From an uncultured Acidobacteriota bacterium (GTDB lineage: Bacteria; Acidobacteriota; Thermoanaerobaculia; Multivoradales; UBA5704): a DNA stretch of 64,000 bases. The translations under genes and the position numbers were made by a program. Position 1 is the first letter of the stretch; each line of letters opens with the position of its first letter. Below the pieces are notes generated by a model. It had not been told where the DNA came from. It ran no database searches and saw only the letters and a program-made list of their open reading frames with translations. Where the stretch lies: contig CAVYRF010000002.1 in NCBI GenBank assembly GCA_963770895.1, positions 2,336,001 through 2,400,000 of the forward strand. The letters run 5' to 3'. Of the stretch, positions 1-10,338 are shown piece after piece.

Positions 1-534
1 TTTTCATCGACGAAAGCGGACTCAGCGAACGACCCCACCGGTGTCGAACCTGGGCGCCCCGCGGCCACACCCCGGTCCTCCAGTTCCACTTCAACTGGAA
101 AACCCTCTCGGCGATCGCGGGGATAACCTGGTGGAACTTCTACTTTCGGCTCTATCCAGGCTCGATCCGTGGCCCCCAGGTGATCGACTTTCTGGGTCGC
201 CTCTTGCGACAGCTGCCGGGGCCGCTGCTGGTCGTTTGGGATGGCTTGCCAGTTCATCGGAGCCGGAAGGTCGCCGACTTCATCAGCCGGCACCGTGACC
301 GGCTCCAGGTCGAACGCCTTCCGGCTTACGCTCCAGAGCTCAATCCGGTCGAGTACCTGTGGGGTTACCTCAAACATCACGCGATTCCGAATCTGTGTCC
401 GAAAAACCTCGGCGAGCTCAGTTCGCTCGCCCGCCGCGCTCTTGGGCGAATCCGGCGCCAACCACGGTTGATCACCGCTTTCTGGAATCAAGCTGAACTC
501 TTCTAGTTGTCACTATATTATGCGACACTCAATA
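1..534 (+). mobile_element. IS630-family insertion sequence, 3' part (runs off the window start)
   Basis: Contains an IS630-type DDE transposase. After its stop comes an AT-rich end TGTCACTATATTATGCGACACTCAATA finishing in TA (533-534), which fits the IS630 terminal repeat plus TA target. The left end is outside the window, so the IR cannot be confirmed. Confidence 0.8.
3..506 (+). CDS. IS630-family transposase, DDE domain (5'-partial)
   Basis: Frame open from nt 3: FIDESGL..RTWAPRGHTP..VVWDGLPVH..LPAYAPELNPVEYLWGYLK, the D..D..E motifs of DDE_3/IS630. Confidence 0.92.
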   Translation, partial: FIDESGLSERPHRCRTWAPRGHTPVLQFHFNWKTLSAIAGITWWNFYFRLYPGSIRGPQVIDFLGRLLRQLPGPLLVVWDGLPVHRSRKVADFISRHRDRLQVERLPAYAPELNPVEYLWGYLKHHAIPNLCPKNLGELSSLARRALGRIRRQPRLITAFWNQAELF

Positions 535-2094
535 GTGCCTGGGCTAACGCGGACGGACTTCAAGCTTTTCGTGGACGGCCAGCAGGTCGAGGCCACGAAT
601 TTCTCGGCCCCCCAGCTTGGCCAGGTGACTCGACCTGCACCTCAGCCGTCGTCCGGGACTGCCTCTGTGGCTCCAGGCGAGGGCGTATCTCCGCCGCAAC
701 GCCTCAAACTCGTGGTCTTCGTCGACAATGCGAATATGCTGCCCGTCGACCGCAACCGGCTCCTCAAGCAACTTCGCTCGTTCCTCCAGAAGACCTTGCG
801 GTCTGAAGACCAAGTACTTCTTGTTACCCACGACCCCGGGCTTCACGTCCGCCATCAATTCAAGGAAAACCTTGCCTCTCTTGCCCCCACCCTCGCTCAG
901 CTGGAAAAAGAATCCGCCGTCGGTCTTAACCGCGACATCGCTGCGCGCCAGCAACTGGACATGATGCAGGATGTCCTCAAGAGCAGCGGCTGCGGCGGGG
1001 CGCTCAGCGAGGCGACGGGTCTGGCGCGAACGCAGGCGGAATCTGCTTTCGCCGACGAACGGGAGACATATGCGAGTCTCCATCACCTCCTGAGATCGCT
1101 CGGGGGACTCGATGGGCACAAAGCTGTGCTCTACGTCGGCGATGGCATGGCCACTCACGCAGGCACAGACGTCTTCGGAATGCTCCAAGATCGCTGCCCT
1201 GCCGCGCACCTGGCTTTTGAGCCGCTCGACGCGACGGCGCCAATGGGTCAAGTCATCGCGGATGCCAACGCCAGCCTGATTACCCTGTACACGCTGGAGG
1301 CGCGGGGCCTCGACGCCTATGTCTCGGCGGAGCATCCCGGCAAGCCGTTGCTCTCCTTCGAGACGGCACGACAAGTCGCGCTCGACCGTCAGGATTCGTT
1401 GATCAACCTCGCCCGCGAGACAGGTGGGCGGTCAGCGATCAATGGCAACGACTTCAGCCACGATCTGGAGGAGATCGCCACCGAGTTGAGCGGCTCCTAC
1501 TCGCTCGGTTTCACCCCCGCCCATGCCGGCGAGGGCAAGACGCACCAAGTTCATATCGAAGTCAACCAATCCGGCGCCCACGCCAGCTACCGCACCAGCT
1601 ACCGAGATCGCACCATGCAGGAGCGACTGGAAAGCCTGGTCGAAGGGGCGCTGCTCCACGGCCAGGCCGACAACCCTCTCTCCGCTTCACTGACCATCGG
1701 CGCGGCGGTGCCTGCCGAGCATGGCCACATCATGCTCCCGGTGCAGATCCGTGTGCCGTTCGCAAAGCTGGCCTTTCTGCCTCGTGAAGACGGCCGCCAT
1801 GGTCGGGTCAACATCGTGTTCGGAAATGTCGATGCGCAGGGTGGAATGGCACCCCTCCAGCGCATGCAGCTGCCGCTGCGGATCCCGGAAGCTGACGCCA
1901 TCAGGATCCTTGGCAGCCACCTTGGCTATGACGCAAAACTGCTTCTCGCGCCCGGCCACCAGCGCCTCGCTTTCGTTGTCCGGGACGACTTGGCGCGCAT
2001 CTCATCCTGCGTCATCCAGGACTTGGACCTCGACAAGGGAGGAAAGGTCAGCCTGGTCGCCATGGCCGTCGGTCCTCAACCCGCTACGCCCTGA
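520..2094 (+). CDS. VWA-domain protein (VWFA-related acidobacterial type), N-terminally truncated by the IS630 insertion
   Basis: VPGLTRTDFKLFVDGQ, VVFVD, KAVLYVGDG, LARETGG, YSLGFTP motifs. No signal peptide or first strand. The ATG lies inside the IS end. Confidence 0.75.
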   Translation: MRHSIVPGLTRTDFKLFVDGQQVEATNFSAPQLGQVTRPAPQPSSGTASVAPGEGVSPPQRLKLVVFVDNANMLPVDRNRLLKQLRSFLQKTLRSEDQVLLVTHDPGLHVRHQFKENLASLAPTLAQLEKESAVGLNRDIAARQQLDMMQDVLKSSGCGGALSEATGLARTQAESAFADERETYASLHHLLRSLGGLDGHKAVLYVGDGMATHAGTDVFGMLQDRCPAAHLAFEPLDATAPMGQVIADANASLITLYTLEARGLDAYVSAEHPGKPLLSFETARQVALDRQDSLINLARETGGRSAINGNDFSHDLEEIATELSGSYSLGFTPAHAGEGKTHQVHIEVNQSGAHASYRTSYRDRTMQERLESLVEGALLHGQADNPLSASLTIGAAVPAEHGHIMLPVQIRVPFAKLAFLPREDGRHGRVNIVFGNVDAQGGMAPLQRMQLPLRIPEADAIRILGSHLGYDAKLLLAPGHQRLAFVVRDDLARISSCVIQDLDLDKGGKVSLVAMAVGPQPATP

Positions 2095-2124
2095 CCGTCG
2101 CGGCTTGGCCTTGATCGGGGCGGC

Positions 2125-2811
2125 TCAGGCGCGGCGGTGGCGCCGGCGGGCCAGGTAGAGGGTGTGGCGGGGGCCGCCGCGGCCGGGGCGGTGTCGCTCC
2201 CAGGCGAAGCCGGCCTGGCCCAGGCGCTTTTCGAAGGCGGCGTCGGGGTCTTCGGACCAGACCGCGAAGACCCCGGCGGGTTGCAGCGCCGCGCCGGCCG
2301 CGGTCAGCGCCGCCAGCCCGTAGAGCGGATCGTCGCGCCGCTGGGTCGCCGCGTGCGGCCCCTCGTACAGGTCCAGCAGGATCGCGTCGAAGCCGCCGGC
2401 GGGATCGGTGGCGGCGCCGGCGATGACCGCCGCCACGTCGGCGATCTCGACCCGCACCCGCCGGTCCGCCAGGGCGCCCTGCGTCAGGGCGGCGAGCGGG
2501 CCACGGCACCACTCGACGATCGCCGGATCGATTTCGGCCACCAGCACGCTGGCCCGCGCCGGCAGCGCCTGGAGCGCCGCGCGCAGCGTGTAGCCCAGGC
2601 CCAGGCCGCCGATCAGCACGCGCGGGCGCGGCAACCTGGCGACGGCGCGGCAGGCCAGCTCGGCCAGCGCCGCCTCGGTCAGGTGGGCGGCGCCGTTCAT
2701 CAGCACCCGCCCTCCCAGGGTGATCACCACCTCGTCGTCGCCGCGCCGCCGCAGCTCCAGCCGCCCTTCGGCTCGCTCGGCCGAAGCCAGGGTCTGCCAC
2801 GGTCGCGTCAC
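2125..2811 (-). CDS. Spermidine-synthase-like SAM-dependent methyltransferase
   Basis: VLIGGLGLGYT SAM-binding loop, VAEID, FDAILLD..GP, GVFAVWS. Confidence 0.8.
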   Translation of the reverse strand: MTRPWQTLASAERAEGRLELRRRGDDEVVITLGGRVLMNGAAHLTEAALAELACRAVARLPRPRVLIGGLGLGYTLRAALQALPARASVLVAEIDPAIVEWCRGPLAALTQGALADRRVRVEIADVAAVIAGAATDPAGGFDAILLDLYEGPHAATQRRDDPLYGLAALTAAGAALQPAGVFAVWSEDPDAAFEKRLGQAGFAWERHRPGRGGPRHTLYLARRRHRRA

Positions 2812-3440
2812 GCGCCGCGCCCGTCACGCTCGGCCGCGCCGCCGAGAAGGCTGCCGGCCACCGCCCCGCTCATGGCGCCGCTGGCCCGCGCGGCGCCATG
2901 GTCCGCATCGCCACCGGCCTGCGCGTCGCAGTGGCCCCCGTCGCCCCCATCGCCGTGGCCGGCGGGGGAGTGCCGCACCTGGATCTCCATGATAGGCAGC
3001 AAGCGCGGCTGGCCTTCGACCTGGCCGCGCCGCTCGCCGATGCGCCGCGCCCCCATGTGGAGGTAGAAGGGCTCGGCGTGCGGCTCCGCGTCGAACGCAA
3101 GATGGCCGGCGCCGGCCGCCGCGGCGGTTGCCATGGCGTGCTCGAACAGGACACGGCCAAGGCCGCGGCCGATCCAATCGGGCCGCACCCACAGGTGATC
3201 GAGCCGGGCGCGCGGCTCGCTGGCAGCCATCACCAGGGCGTAGAAGGCCACAGGCTCACCGTCGTGGAGCGCGGTGTAACAGGGCTGGGTCGCCAGGTAC
3301 TCGGCGGTGATCGTCAGATCAGCCGTCCACGCCTCCAGCCAGCGCTCGGGATAGCCCCAGTGGCGCTTGGCGGCCAGCGCGATGGCGGTCAGGGTGGGCG
3401 CCTGGTCGGCGGTGGCGCGGGCGACGGTGGGGAACGGCAA
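2808..3440 (-). CDS. GNAT-family N-acetyltransferase
   Basis: AKRHWGYPERW, LDHLWVRPDWIGRGLGR (motif A), AEPFYLHMG. Start moved to the TTG at 3440, just after the upstream stop; the track ORF's N-terminal part is a shadow frame. Confidence 0.8.
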   Translation of the reverse strand: MPFPTVARATADQAPTLTAIALAAKRHWGYPERWLEAWTADLTITAEYLATQPCYTALHDGEPVAFYALVMAASEPRARLDHLWVRPDWIGRGLGRVLFEHAMATAAAAGAGHLAFDAEPHAEPFYLHMGARRIGERRGQVEGQPRLLPIMEIQVRHSPAGHGDGGDGGHCDAQAGGDADHGAARASGAMSGAVAGSLLGGAAERDGRGA

Positions 3441-3445
3441 GCGCT

Positions 3446-4555
3446 TCAGCCTTCGGCGTCGCCGATGGGTTCTTCGGAGGCGCGGCGCAGCAGCAGGGCG
3501 CGGCGCCGCTCGATGGCCTGCAGCCACAGGGGCAGGAAGGCGCTCAGGTCCTGCAGGCTCTTGTCCACCTTGGCCAGCAGGCCGACGATGCGGTGGCTGA
3601 TCGCGGCGTGGCAGGCCAGCAGGTCGCGCACGTTTTGGGTGCGGTCGGAGTCGCTTTCGGGCCGCGTCGCCTGCATCGCGGCGACCGCCGAGGTGCCGGC
3701 GTCGTGCAGCTCCAGCAGCAGGCGGCAGTAGACCGGGATCTCGCCGGCGTAGCGGTCCAGGCTCTCCATTTCGTAAAAGCGCACGCCGCGCAGCGCCAGC
3801 ACCTCTTTGAGCTTGGGCGTCAGGCCGTTGATCAACACTTCCAGCAGCAGCGCGGTGTTTTCCCAGGCCTGGCGGCTGGGGAGCTGCTCGTCGCCGCGCA
3901 TCTGCTCGGCGGTGGCGGCCAGGTGGGTGGGGCGCAGCTGCTCCAGCCGCTCCAGGTAGTCGCGCAGGCGGCTGACCGTGGAGTGCAGCCACTCCGCCTC
4001 CTCGATGTCCTGCGGGAAGCGGCGGGACAGGAAATAGTCGGAGTCGTGCACGCTGCGCGGGTCCTTGGCCATGAACTCGCCGAAGGTGTCCTGCAGGAAG
4101 GCGTGCAGCTGGCCGATCGAGACGCACAGCAGCTTGCGCACTTCGCCCAGGTGGTCGGGCGCGATGTTGGCGGGGAAGCGCGCCAGCGGGTCGAGGACCT
4201 GACCGCTGAGCAGCCGCAGCGAAATCTCGGCGCTCTGCCGCGCCTCTTCCAGCGAGGGGATGCGCGAGCGGCCGCGCAGCAGCGGCGCGATGCGGTTGCG
4301 GATGAGGTCGGCCACCTGGCGCACCTTGCTCCAGATGTCGAGCAGCCGTTCGGGCGAGCAGTGGAGAAGCGAGTAGTTGCTTTCCAGCACCCCTTCCAGC
4401 AGGCGGATGCAACCCAGGAAGGCGCGGATGCGCGGGTTTTGCCAATGCACCCGTTCCAGCGCCCAGTCCGGCGCCGTAACCCCTTCAGGGAGAGCGATCT
4501 GGTGATTGCCCACCTGGATCAGCTGGCGGGGTTTTCTGGGTAGCTGCGACTTCAT
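3446..4555 (-). CDS. Hypothetical all-helical cytoplasmic protein (369 aa)
   Basis: Typical codon bias, GGGGGAG RBS before the ATG at 4555 (MKSQLPRK), normal amino-acid composition. No family recognised. Confidence 0.75.
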   Translation of the reverse strand: MKSQLPRKPRQLIQVGNHQIALPEGVTAPDWALERVHWQNPRIRAFLGCIRLLEGVLESNYSLLHCSPERLLDIWSKVRQVADLIRNRIAPLLRGRSRIPSLEEARQSAEISLRLLSGQVLDPLARFPANIAPDHLGEVRKLLCVSIGQLHAFLQDTFGEFMAKDPRSVHDSDYFLSRRFPQDIEEAEWLHSTVSRLRDYLERLEQLRPTHLAATAEQMRGDEQLPSRQAWENTALLLEVLINGLTPKLKEVLALRGVRFYEMESLDRYAGEIPVYCRLLLELHDAGTSAVAAMQATRPESDSDRTQNVRDLLACHAAISHRIVGLLAKVDKSLQDLSAFLPLWLQAIERRRALLLRRASEEPIGDAEG

Positions 4556-4652
4556 TGGACTCCCCCCGAAGAGGCGTTCCGTGCCGCGGGGAGAAGGGGC
4601 CGCGCCGCCCCCCTTGCCGGTCCGATCATATCCGCACCGGGAGCGACCCGCA

Positions 4653-5276
4653 TCAGACGCCGCACAGCGACCGGGCCGCCGCCGCGTCCAGCCCCAACGC
4701 ATCGGCCAGGCCGGGCAGGGCCAGGCGCCGCCACATCGCGGCGATCTCCTCGGCCGTGTAGGGCAGATCGTGATCGAGCCACTGTGTCATCAGCGTCAGC
4801 AGCGAGCTTGTCAGGTAGTGCGCCGCGATGTCGAGCGGCACCGCCGCCGGTTGCGCCGCGAGGGCCAGCTCGCCCAGCTGCTGGCGCAGGATGGCGGTCA
4901 GCGTCACGTGGGCGCGCCGCACGATCGCGTGGCCGCCCTGGCGGCCGAGCAGCGCCTTGAGCAGCGGGCGGGCTTGCGCGACGTGACGGAAGAGGGCCAG
5001 GCTGAAAGCCCGCAGGCCGCCATCGCTCCAGGCGCCGGCCGGCAGGGCCTGGGCGTGTTGCTCGAAGATGGCCAGGAAGCTGTGGAAGCCGGAGAGCATC
5101 AGCTCGTCCTTGTTGCGGAAGTGGGCGTAAAAGGTGGAGCGGCCCAGGTTGGCGCGGTCCAGGATGTCCTGCACGGTGATCGATTCGTAGCCGCGTTCCA
5201 GGGTGAGCGCGGTCAAAGCTTCGCGCAGCAATTGCCGTGTGCGTTGGACCCGCCGGTCGACGGCGCCTGGTTTCAT
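4653..5276 (-). CDS. TetR/AcrR-family transcriptional regulator
   Basis: DRRVQRTRQLL..GYESITVQDILDRANLGRSTFYAHFRNK HTH. ATG at 5276 with a GGGAG RBS. Confidence 0.92.
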   Translation of the reverse strand: MKPGAVDRRVQRTRQLLREALTALTLERGYESITVQDILDRANLGRSTFYAHFRNKDELMLSGFHSFLAIFEQHAQALPAGAWSDGGLRAFSLALFRHVAQARPLLKALLGRQGGHAIVRRAHVTLTAILRQQLGELALAAQPAAVPLDIAAHYLTSSLLTLMTQWLDHDLPYTAEEIAAMWRRLALPGLADALGLDAAAARSLCGV

Positions 5277-5434
5277 GATCGCTCCCGATGCCTCCCGGCG
5301 GAGATCCGTCGCACCGCCCGCGGCACGGCACGACAGGGCGCGGCGGCGGACAAAATGCTGCCTTTGTTCGTTAGCGCACATCCGGCGCGCATTGGTTGTT
5401 GACCTCACCGCCGGGCCGCGCCAAAAATCGAAAC

Positions 5435-5449
5435 CGAACACGATGTTCG
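5435..5449. promoter_or_regulatory. Palindrome CGAACA-CGA-TGTTCG, candidate TetR operator
   Basis: Perfect 6-3-6 inverted repeat in the AT-rich divergent tetR/ABC intergenic region. Related half-sites lie nearby (CGAACTATTGTGCG at 5454-5467; CGGACAAA..TTTGTTCG at 5347-5370). Confidence 0.5.
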
Positions 5450-5529
5450 ATAACGAACTATTGTGCGAGCGGCCGCTGAACCTTGTCAATCCGACCCCGG
5501 CCGCCCGCTGCCAAGGGAGAGAAGAGAGC

Positions 5530-6278
<749 letters not shown>

Positions 6279-6285
<7 letters not shown>

Positions 6286-8732
6286 GGCCGCGCTGGCGCA
6301 AGCTCCTGCGGGACGCGACGGCCCTGCGCGGGCGCACGGCGATGATGGTCGCCGGGATCGCGATCAGCCTCTTCGGCGTCGGCACGGCGCTGACCGCCTA
6401 CAGCATCCTGGCGCGCGAGCTGCGCCGCAGCTACCTGGATACCCGGCCGGCGTCGGCGACGCTGCTGCTGGACGGCGCCGACGGCCGCCTTGCCGAGCAG
6501 GCGGCGCGGCGTCCGGGCATTGCGGCCGCCGAGGCGCGCGCCACGCTGGTCGCGCGCGTGCAGGTCGGCGCGGGTCGCTGGAAGCCGCTGCTGCTGTTCG
6601 TCGTCGACGACTTCGACCGCCTGCGCGTCGGCACCTTCCGCCGCGAGCGCGGCGCCTGGCCGCCGCCCGCCGCCACCCTGCTGATCGAACGGGCCGCCCT
6701 TCAGGTGCTGCACACGGACGTCGGCGCACCGCTGCTGGTCCGCCTGCCCGATGGGCGGCAGCGCACCCTCGCGGTGAGCGGCGTGGTCCACGATCCCGGC
6801 CTGGCGCCGGCCTGGCAGGAGGGAGGCGGCTACGGCTACATCACCGCCGCCACCCGCAACTGGCTCGACGGCCGCACGCCGCCGCTCGACGAGCTGCGCG
6901 TCGTGGTGGCGGACAGCTCGGCCGACACCGCCGGGATCACGGCGACCGCCGAAGAGCTGGCGGCATGGCTGGGGCGCGGCGGCCACCCGGTGCGGCGGAT
7001 CGAGGTGCCGCCGCCCGGCCGCCACCCCCACCAGGGCCAGATGGTGGCGCTGCTCAGCATCCTGATGGGTTTCAGCCTGATGGGGTTGGTGTTGAGCGGC
7101 CTGCTGGTCGCCACGATGATGGCGGCCCTGCTGGCGCGGGAGATCCGCCAGATCGGGGTGATGAAGGCGGTGGGGGCGACGACCGGCCAGCTGGCGCGGC
7201 TGTACGTCGTGCTGGTCGCGGCGTTGGGCGCCGCGGCGTTCGTGCTGGGGGTCGCGCCGGCGCTTGCCGCCGGGCGCGCCTATGCGGCGAAGGCGGCGGG
7301 CATGTTGAACTTCGACCTGGCGACGACGGCGGTGCCGTGGTGGGTCTTCGCGGTCCAGGCCGCCGCCGGCATCGGCGTGCCGCTCGTCCTGGCGGCGGTG
7401 CCCATCGCCCGCGGCTGCCGCATCACCGTGCGCAAGGCGCTGGCCGACCACGGTGTGCGCCGCGAGCGGTTTGCGCCGTCGCGCCTGGATGCCTGGCTGG
7501 GCCGGCGCGGCGGCAGCGGCCCGCTGGCGGCGTGGAACCGCACGCTGCTGCTGGCGCTGCGCAATTCCTATCGGCGGCGCGCGCGGATGCTTTTGACGCT
7601 CAGCCTGCTGGCCGCCGCGGGCGCCCTGTTCATCACCAGCTGGAACGTGCGCGAGGCGTGGAAGCGCACCCTGACCGACGGCTTCGGCGCGCGCCGTTAC
7701 GACCTGGAGGTGCGCCTGACGCGCACCGTGCCCGCGGCGCCCATCCTGCAGGCGGTGCGGGCGGTCCCCGGCGTGGCGGCGGCGGAAGCGTGGGGAGTGG
7801 CGCCCGCCTCCTTCGGCAAGCCGGGGCGCTTCGAGGTCGCGCACGTCTACCCCGACGGCGGACACGGCAGCCTCAGCATCGTCGCGCCGCCGGCGGCGAC
7901 CCGGATGGTGCGGTTCCCGCTGCTCGCCGGCCGCTGGCTGCGCGCCGGCGACACCGCCGCGGTGGTCCTCAATCCCAACGCGCGGTTGGCGGCGCCGGCC
8001 GGCGTCCGGGTCGGCGACTGGCTCGACGTGGGCATCGGCGCCGGGCCGGGCACGCCGCGCGCCGCCGGCCGCTATCGCGTCGTCGGCCTGGTCCGCGAGG
8101 TGGGGGCGGCGGGCGCCGTCTACATGACCGACGCCGCCCTGGCCGGCGCCATCGGCCGGCCGGGCACCGCGCGCACTCTGCGGCTGGTCCTGCGCGATCA
8201 CGATCCGGCGTCGCGCCAGGCGGTCGCCGCCGCGGTCGAGTCGGCGCTCGCCGGCGCGGGCGCGGCTCCCTATTCCGTGACTCCGGTCCCGGCCTATAGC
8301 GCCGCGCTCGGCGATCACATCCTCATCCTCATCCAGGCGCTCGCCTGGGTCGCGGGGTTGATGGGAGTGGTCGGCGCGCTGGGGCTGGCCGCCGCGATGA
8401 GCGTCAACGTCCTGGAGCGCACCCGCGAGCTGGGCATCCTGCAGGCCATCGGCGCCACGCCGCGCGTCATCCTGTGGATCGTCGTCGGCGAGGGGGTGGC
8501 GATCGGCCTTGCCAGCTGGGTGGCGGCGCTCGCTGGCGCGCTGCCGCTGACGATGTGGATCGACAGCACCATGGGGCGGATCTTCTTCGCCGTTCCCCTG
8601 ACCCCCGCCGCCGCGCCGGCAGCCATGGCCGGCTGGCTGGCGCTGGTTGCCGTCACCGCGGCGGCGGCGAGCTTCCTCCCTGCCTGGCGGGCCTCCCGCC
8701 TGGTGATCGCCACGGCGCTTCAGTATGATTAG
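6279..8732 (+). CDS. ABC transporter permease, duplicated FtsX/MacB type
   Basis: Two halves each ending in a FtsX motif (REIRQIGVMKAVGAT; ERTRELGILQAIGATP); terminal PAWRASRL..ALQYD. The ATG overlaps the ATPase 3' end. Confidence 0.88.
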
Positions 8733-8810
8733 CCATTACGATAAATTTGTGGCGCAGCCGTACCAACACCTGGCGCGCCGGCGCGGCGGCCGGCAAAAAG
8801 GGGGAAGGCG

Positions 8811-10301
8811 ATGCGTTCGCACCAGCCGTGGAGCGTCACGCGAGGAAGCGGCAGTTTCCAACTGACCGTGCTGCTGGCAGCCGGTGCCCTCATGGCCGGC
8901 GGCGCGGCCGCCGCCCTGGCCGCACCGGTGGCCGCCACGTTTTCCCCCGCGCCGCCGGCAACGACGGCGCCCGGCTCGGCGGCGTCGCCTGGCTCGGCGG
9001 GCGCGCCGCCGGCGGTGCGGACCGCTTCGCCTGGACCGTCAACCGCTGCGCCCGCGGCCGGCGAGCCGGCCGCGGCCTCCAACGTCGTGCCGGCGGCCGG
9101 CGCCGCACCGTCGTCCTCGCCGGCCGGCGGCGGTGGCGCGCCCGCCAGTGCCTCCGGCGCCGCGTCTTCCAGCGCCGCGATGCCGGCCATCCGCCGCATC
9201 CTGGTCGGCACTGCCACGGACCTCGGGGTGGAATCGGATCAGCAGCCGGCGCACCTGGGGTCGTGGCTCACCCTCGAGGTTTCAGGCCTGGACGCGCTGG
9301 TCGACAGGGCGCGGGCGCAAAAGAAGGATCTGGTGCTGTACATCAACGGCATGCCGCTCACCGGCGTGCCGCCGGTCTACCTGATGAGTCAGGGCCAGAT
9401 CGCCGACGTCCGCTTCGCGCTGCGCCGCACGGATGAATCCAAGCAGACCTGGGAAGCCCTGCTCGGCAAGCCGCGCGCCGAACGCCGCGACGTCGCGGTC
9501 AGCGTCGGCGTCGGCGGCTGCGCCGACGGCTGCTCCGACATCACCGACGCCGTGCCGCTGCCCCTGGTGGTCATGCGCCCCGTCTGGCTGGCCAGCTTCC
9601 TGCTGGGGCTGGGCGCCGTCCTATGGACGATGTGGCAGCTGGCACGGCGCACCCCCATGCTGCGCGACGGCAACATGGGCTCGCCCTGGAGCCTGGGCCG
9701 CATCCAGATGGCGTGGTGGACGCTGATCGTGGTGGCCAGCTTCGTCTTCATCTGGATGGTGACCGGCGGCTACGGCAGCCTGACCAACTCGGTTCTGGCG
9801 CTGATCGGCATCAGCTCGGCCACCGGCCTGGCCGGCGCCGTCATCGACGACAACAAGCAGGCGCAGGTCAAGCAGCGCCAGGCGCTGCAAGCGGCGGCGC
9901 AGAAGGCCGCGGCCGCCGCACCGGGCGCGGTCCCGCCGGCCGCGGGCGCAGCCGGGGGCCCGGCTTCCCCGGCGGTCGCGGCAGCGGCGGCGCCCAGCCT
10001 TGCAACCATGGCCGCCGCCCCGCTCGCCGGGGAGCTCGCCGCCCAGATGGAGCGCCTCCCCGTCGCCAAGGTGAGCCAGAGCCTGCTGCTCGACATCCTG
10101 TCCGACGAGAACGGCGTCAGCTTCCACCGCCTGCAGGTGGTGATCTGGACCCTGGTGATGACGCTGATCTTCGTGGTGAGCGTCTACACCCACCTGGACA
10201 TGCCGGACTTCGACACCCAGCTGCTGGCCCTGATGGGGATCAGCAACGGCACCTACATCGGCTTCAAGCTGCCCGAAAAGCAGGTTGCGGCGCCCAGCTG
10301 A
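8811..10301 (+). CDS. Hypothetical membrane protein with Ala/Pro-rich N-terminus and internally duplicated TM module
   Basis: Signal-like segment, low-complexity linker, extracytoplasmic domain and several TM helices. SLGRIQMAWWT..LALIGIS recurs as SFHRLQVVIWT..LALMGIS. Start uncertain. Confidence 0.75.
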   Translation: MRSHQPWSVTRGSGSFQLTVLLAAGALMAGGAAAALAAPVAATFSPAPPATTAPGSAASPGSAGAPPAVRTASPGPSTAAPAAGEPAAASNVVPAAGAAPSSSPAGGGGAPASASGAASSSAAMPAIRRILVGTATDLGVESDQQPAHLGSWLTLEVSGLDALVDRARAQKKDLVLYINGMPLTGVPPVYLMSQGQIADVRFALRRTDESKQTWEALLGKPRAERRDVAVSVGVGGCADGCSDITDAVPLPLVVMRPVWLASFLLGLGAVLWTMWQLARRTPMLRDGNMGSPWSLGRIQMAWWTLIVVASFVFIWMVTGGYGSLTNSVLALIGISSATGLAGAVIDDNKQAQVKQRQALQAAAQKAAAAAPGAVPPAAGAAGGPASPAVAAAAAPSLATMAAAPLAGELAAQMERLPVAKVSQSLLLDILSDENGVSFHRLQVVIWTLVMTLIFVVSVYTHLDMPDFDTQLLALMGISNGTYIGFKLPEKQVAAPS

Positions 10302-10338
10302 AGCCGCCGCGACGCCGCCACCGCGCCGCGGCCGCCGG

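Noticed and set aside
3441-4445. Long N-terminal extension of the GNAT ORF (2808-4445)
   Set aside because: It overlaps the real 3446-4555 gene in another frame and has low-complexity Arg/Pro/Ala composition.
2808-4555. GNAT toxin-antitoxin pair
   Set aside because: The upstream protein is 369 aa with no RHH/DUF1778 features, and the GNAT resembles ordinary small-molecule acetyltransferases.
5435-5449. Gram-positive LexA (GAAC-N4-GTTC) box
   Set aside because: The spacer is 5 nt, and the context (tetR/exporter) fits a TetR operator better.
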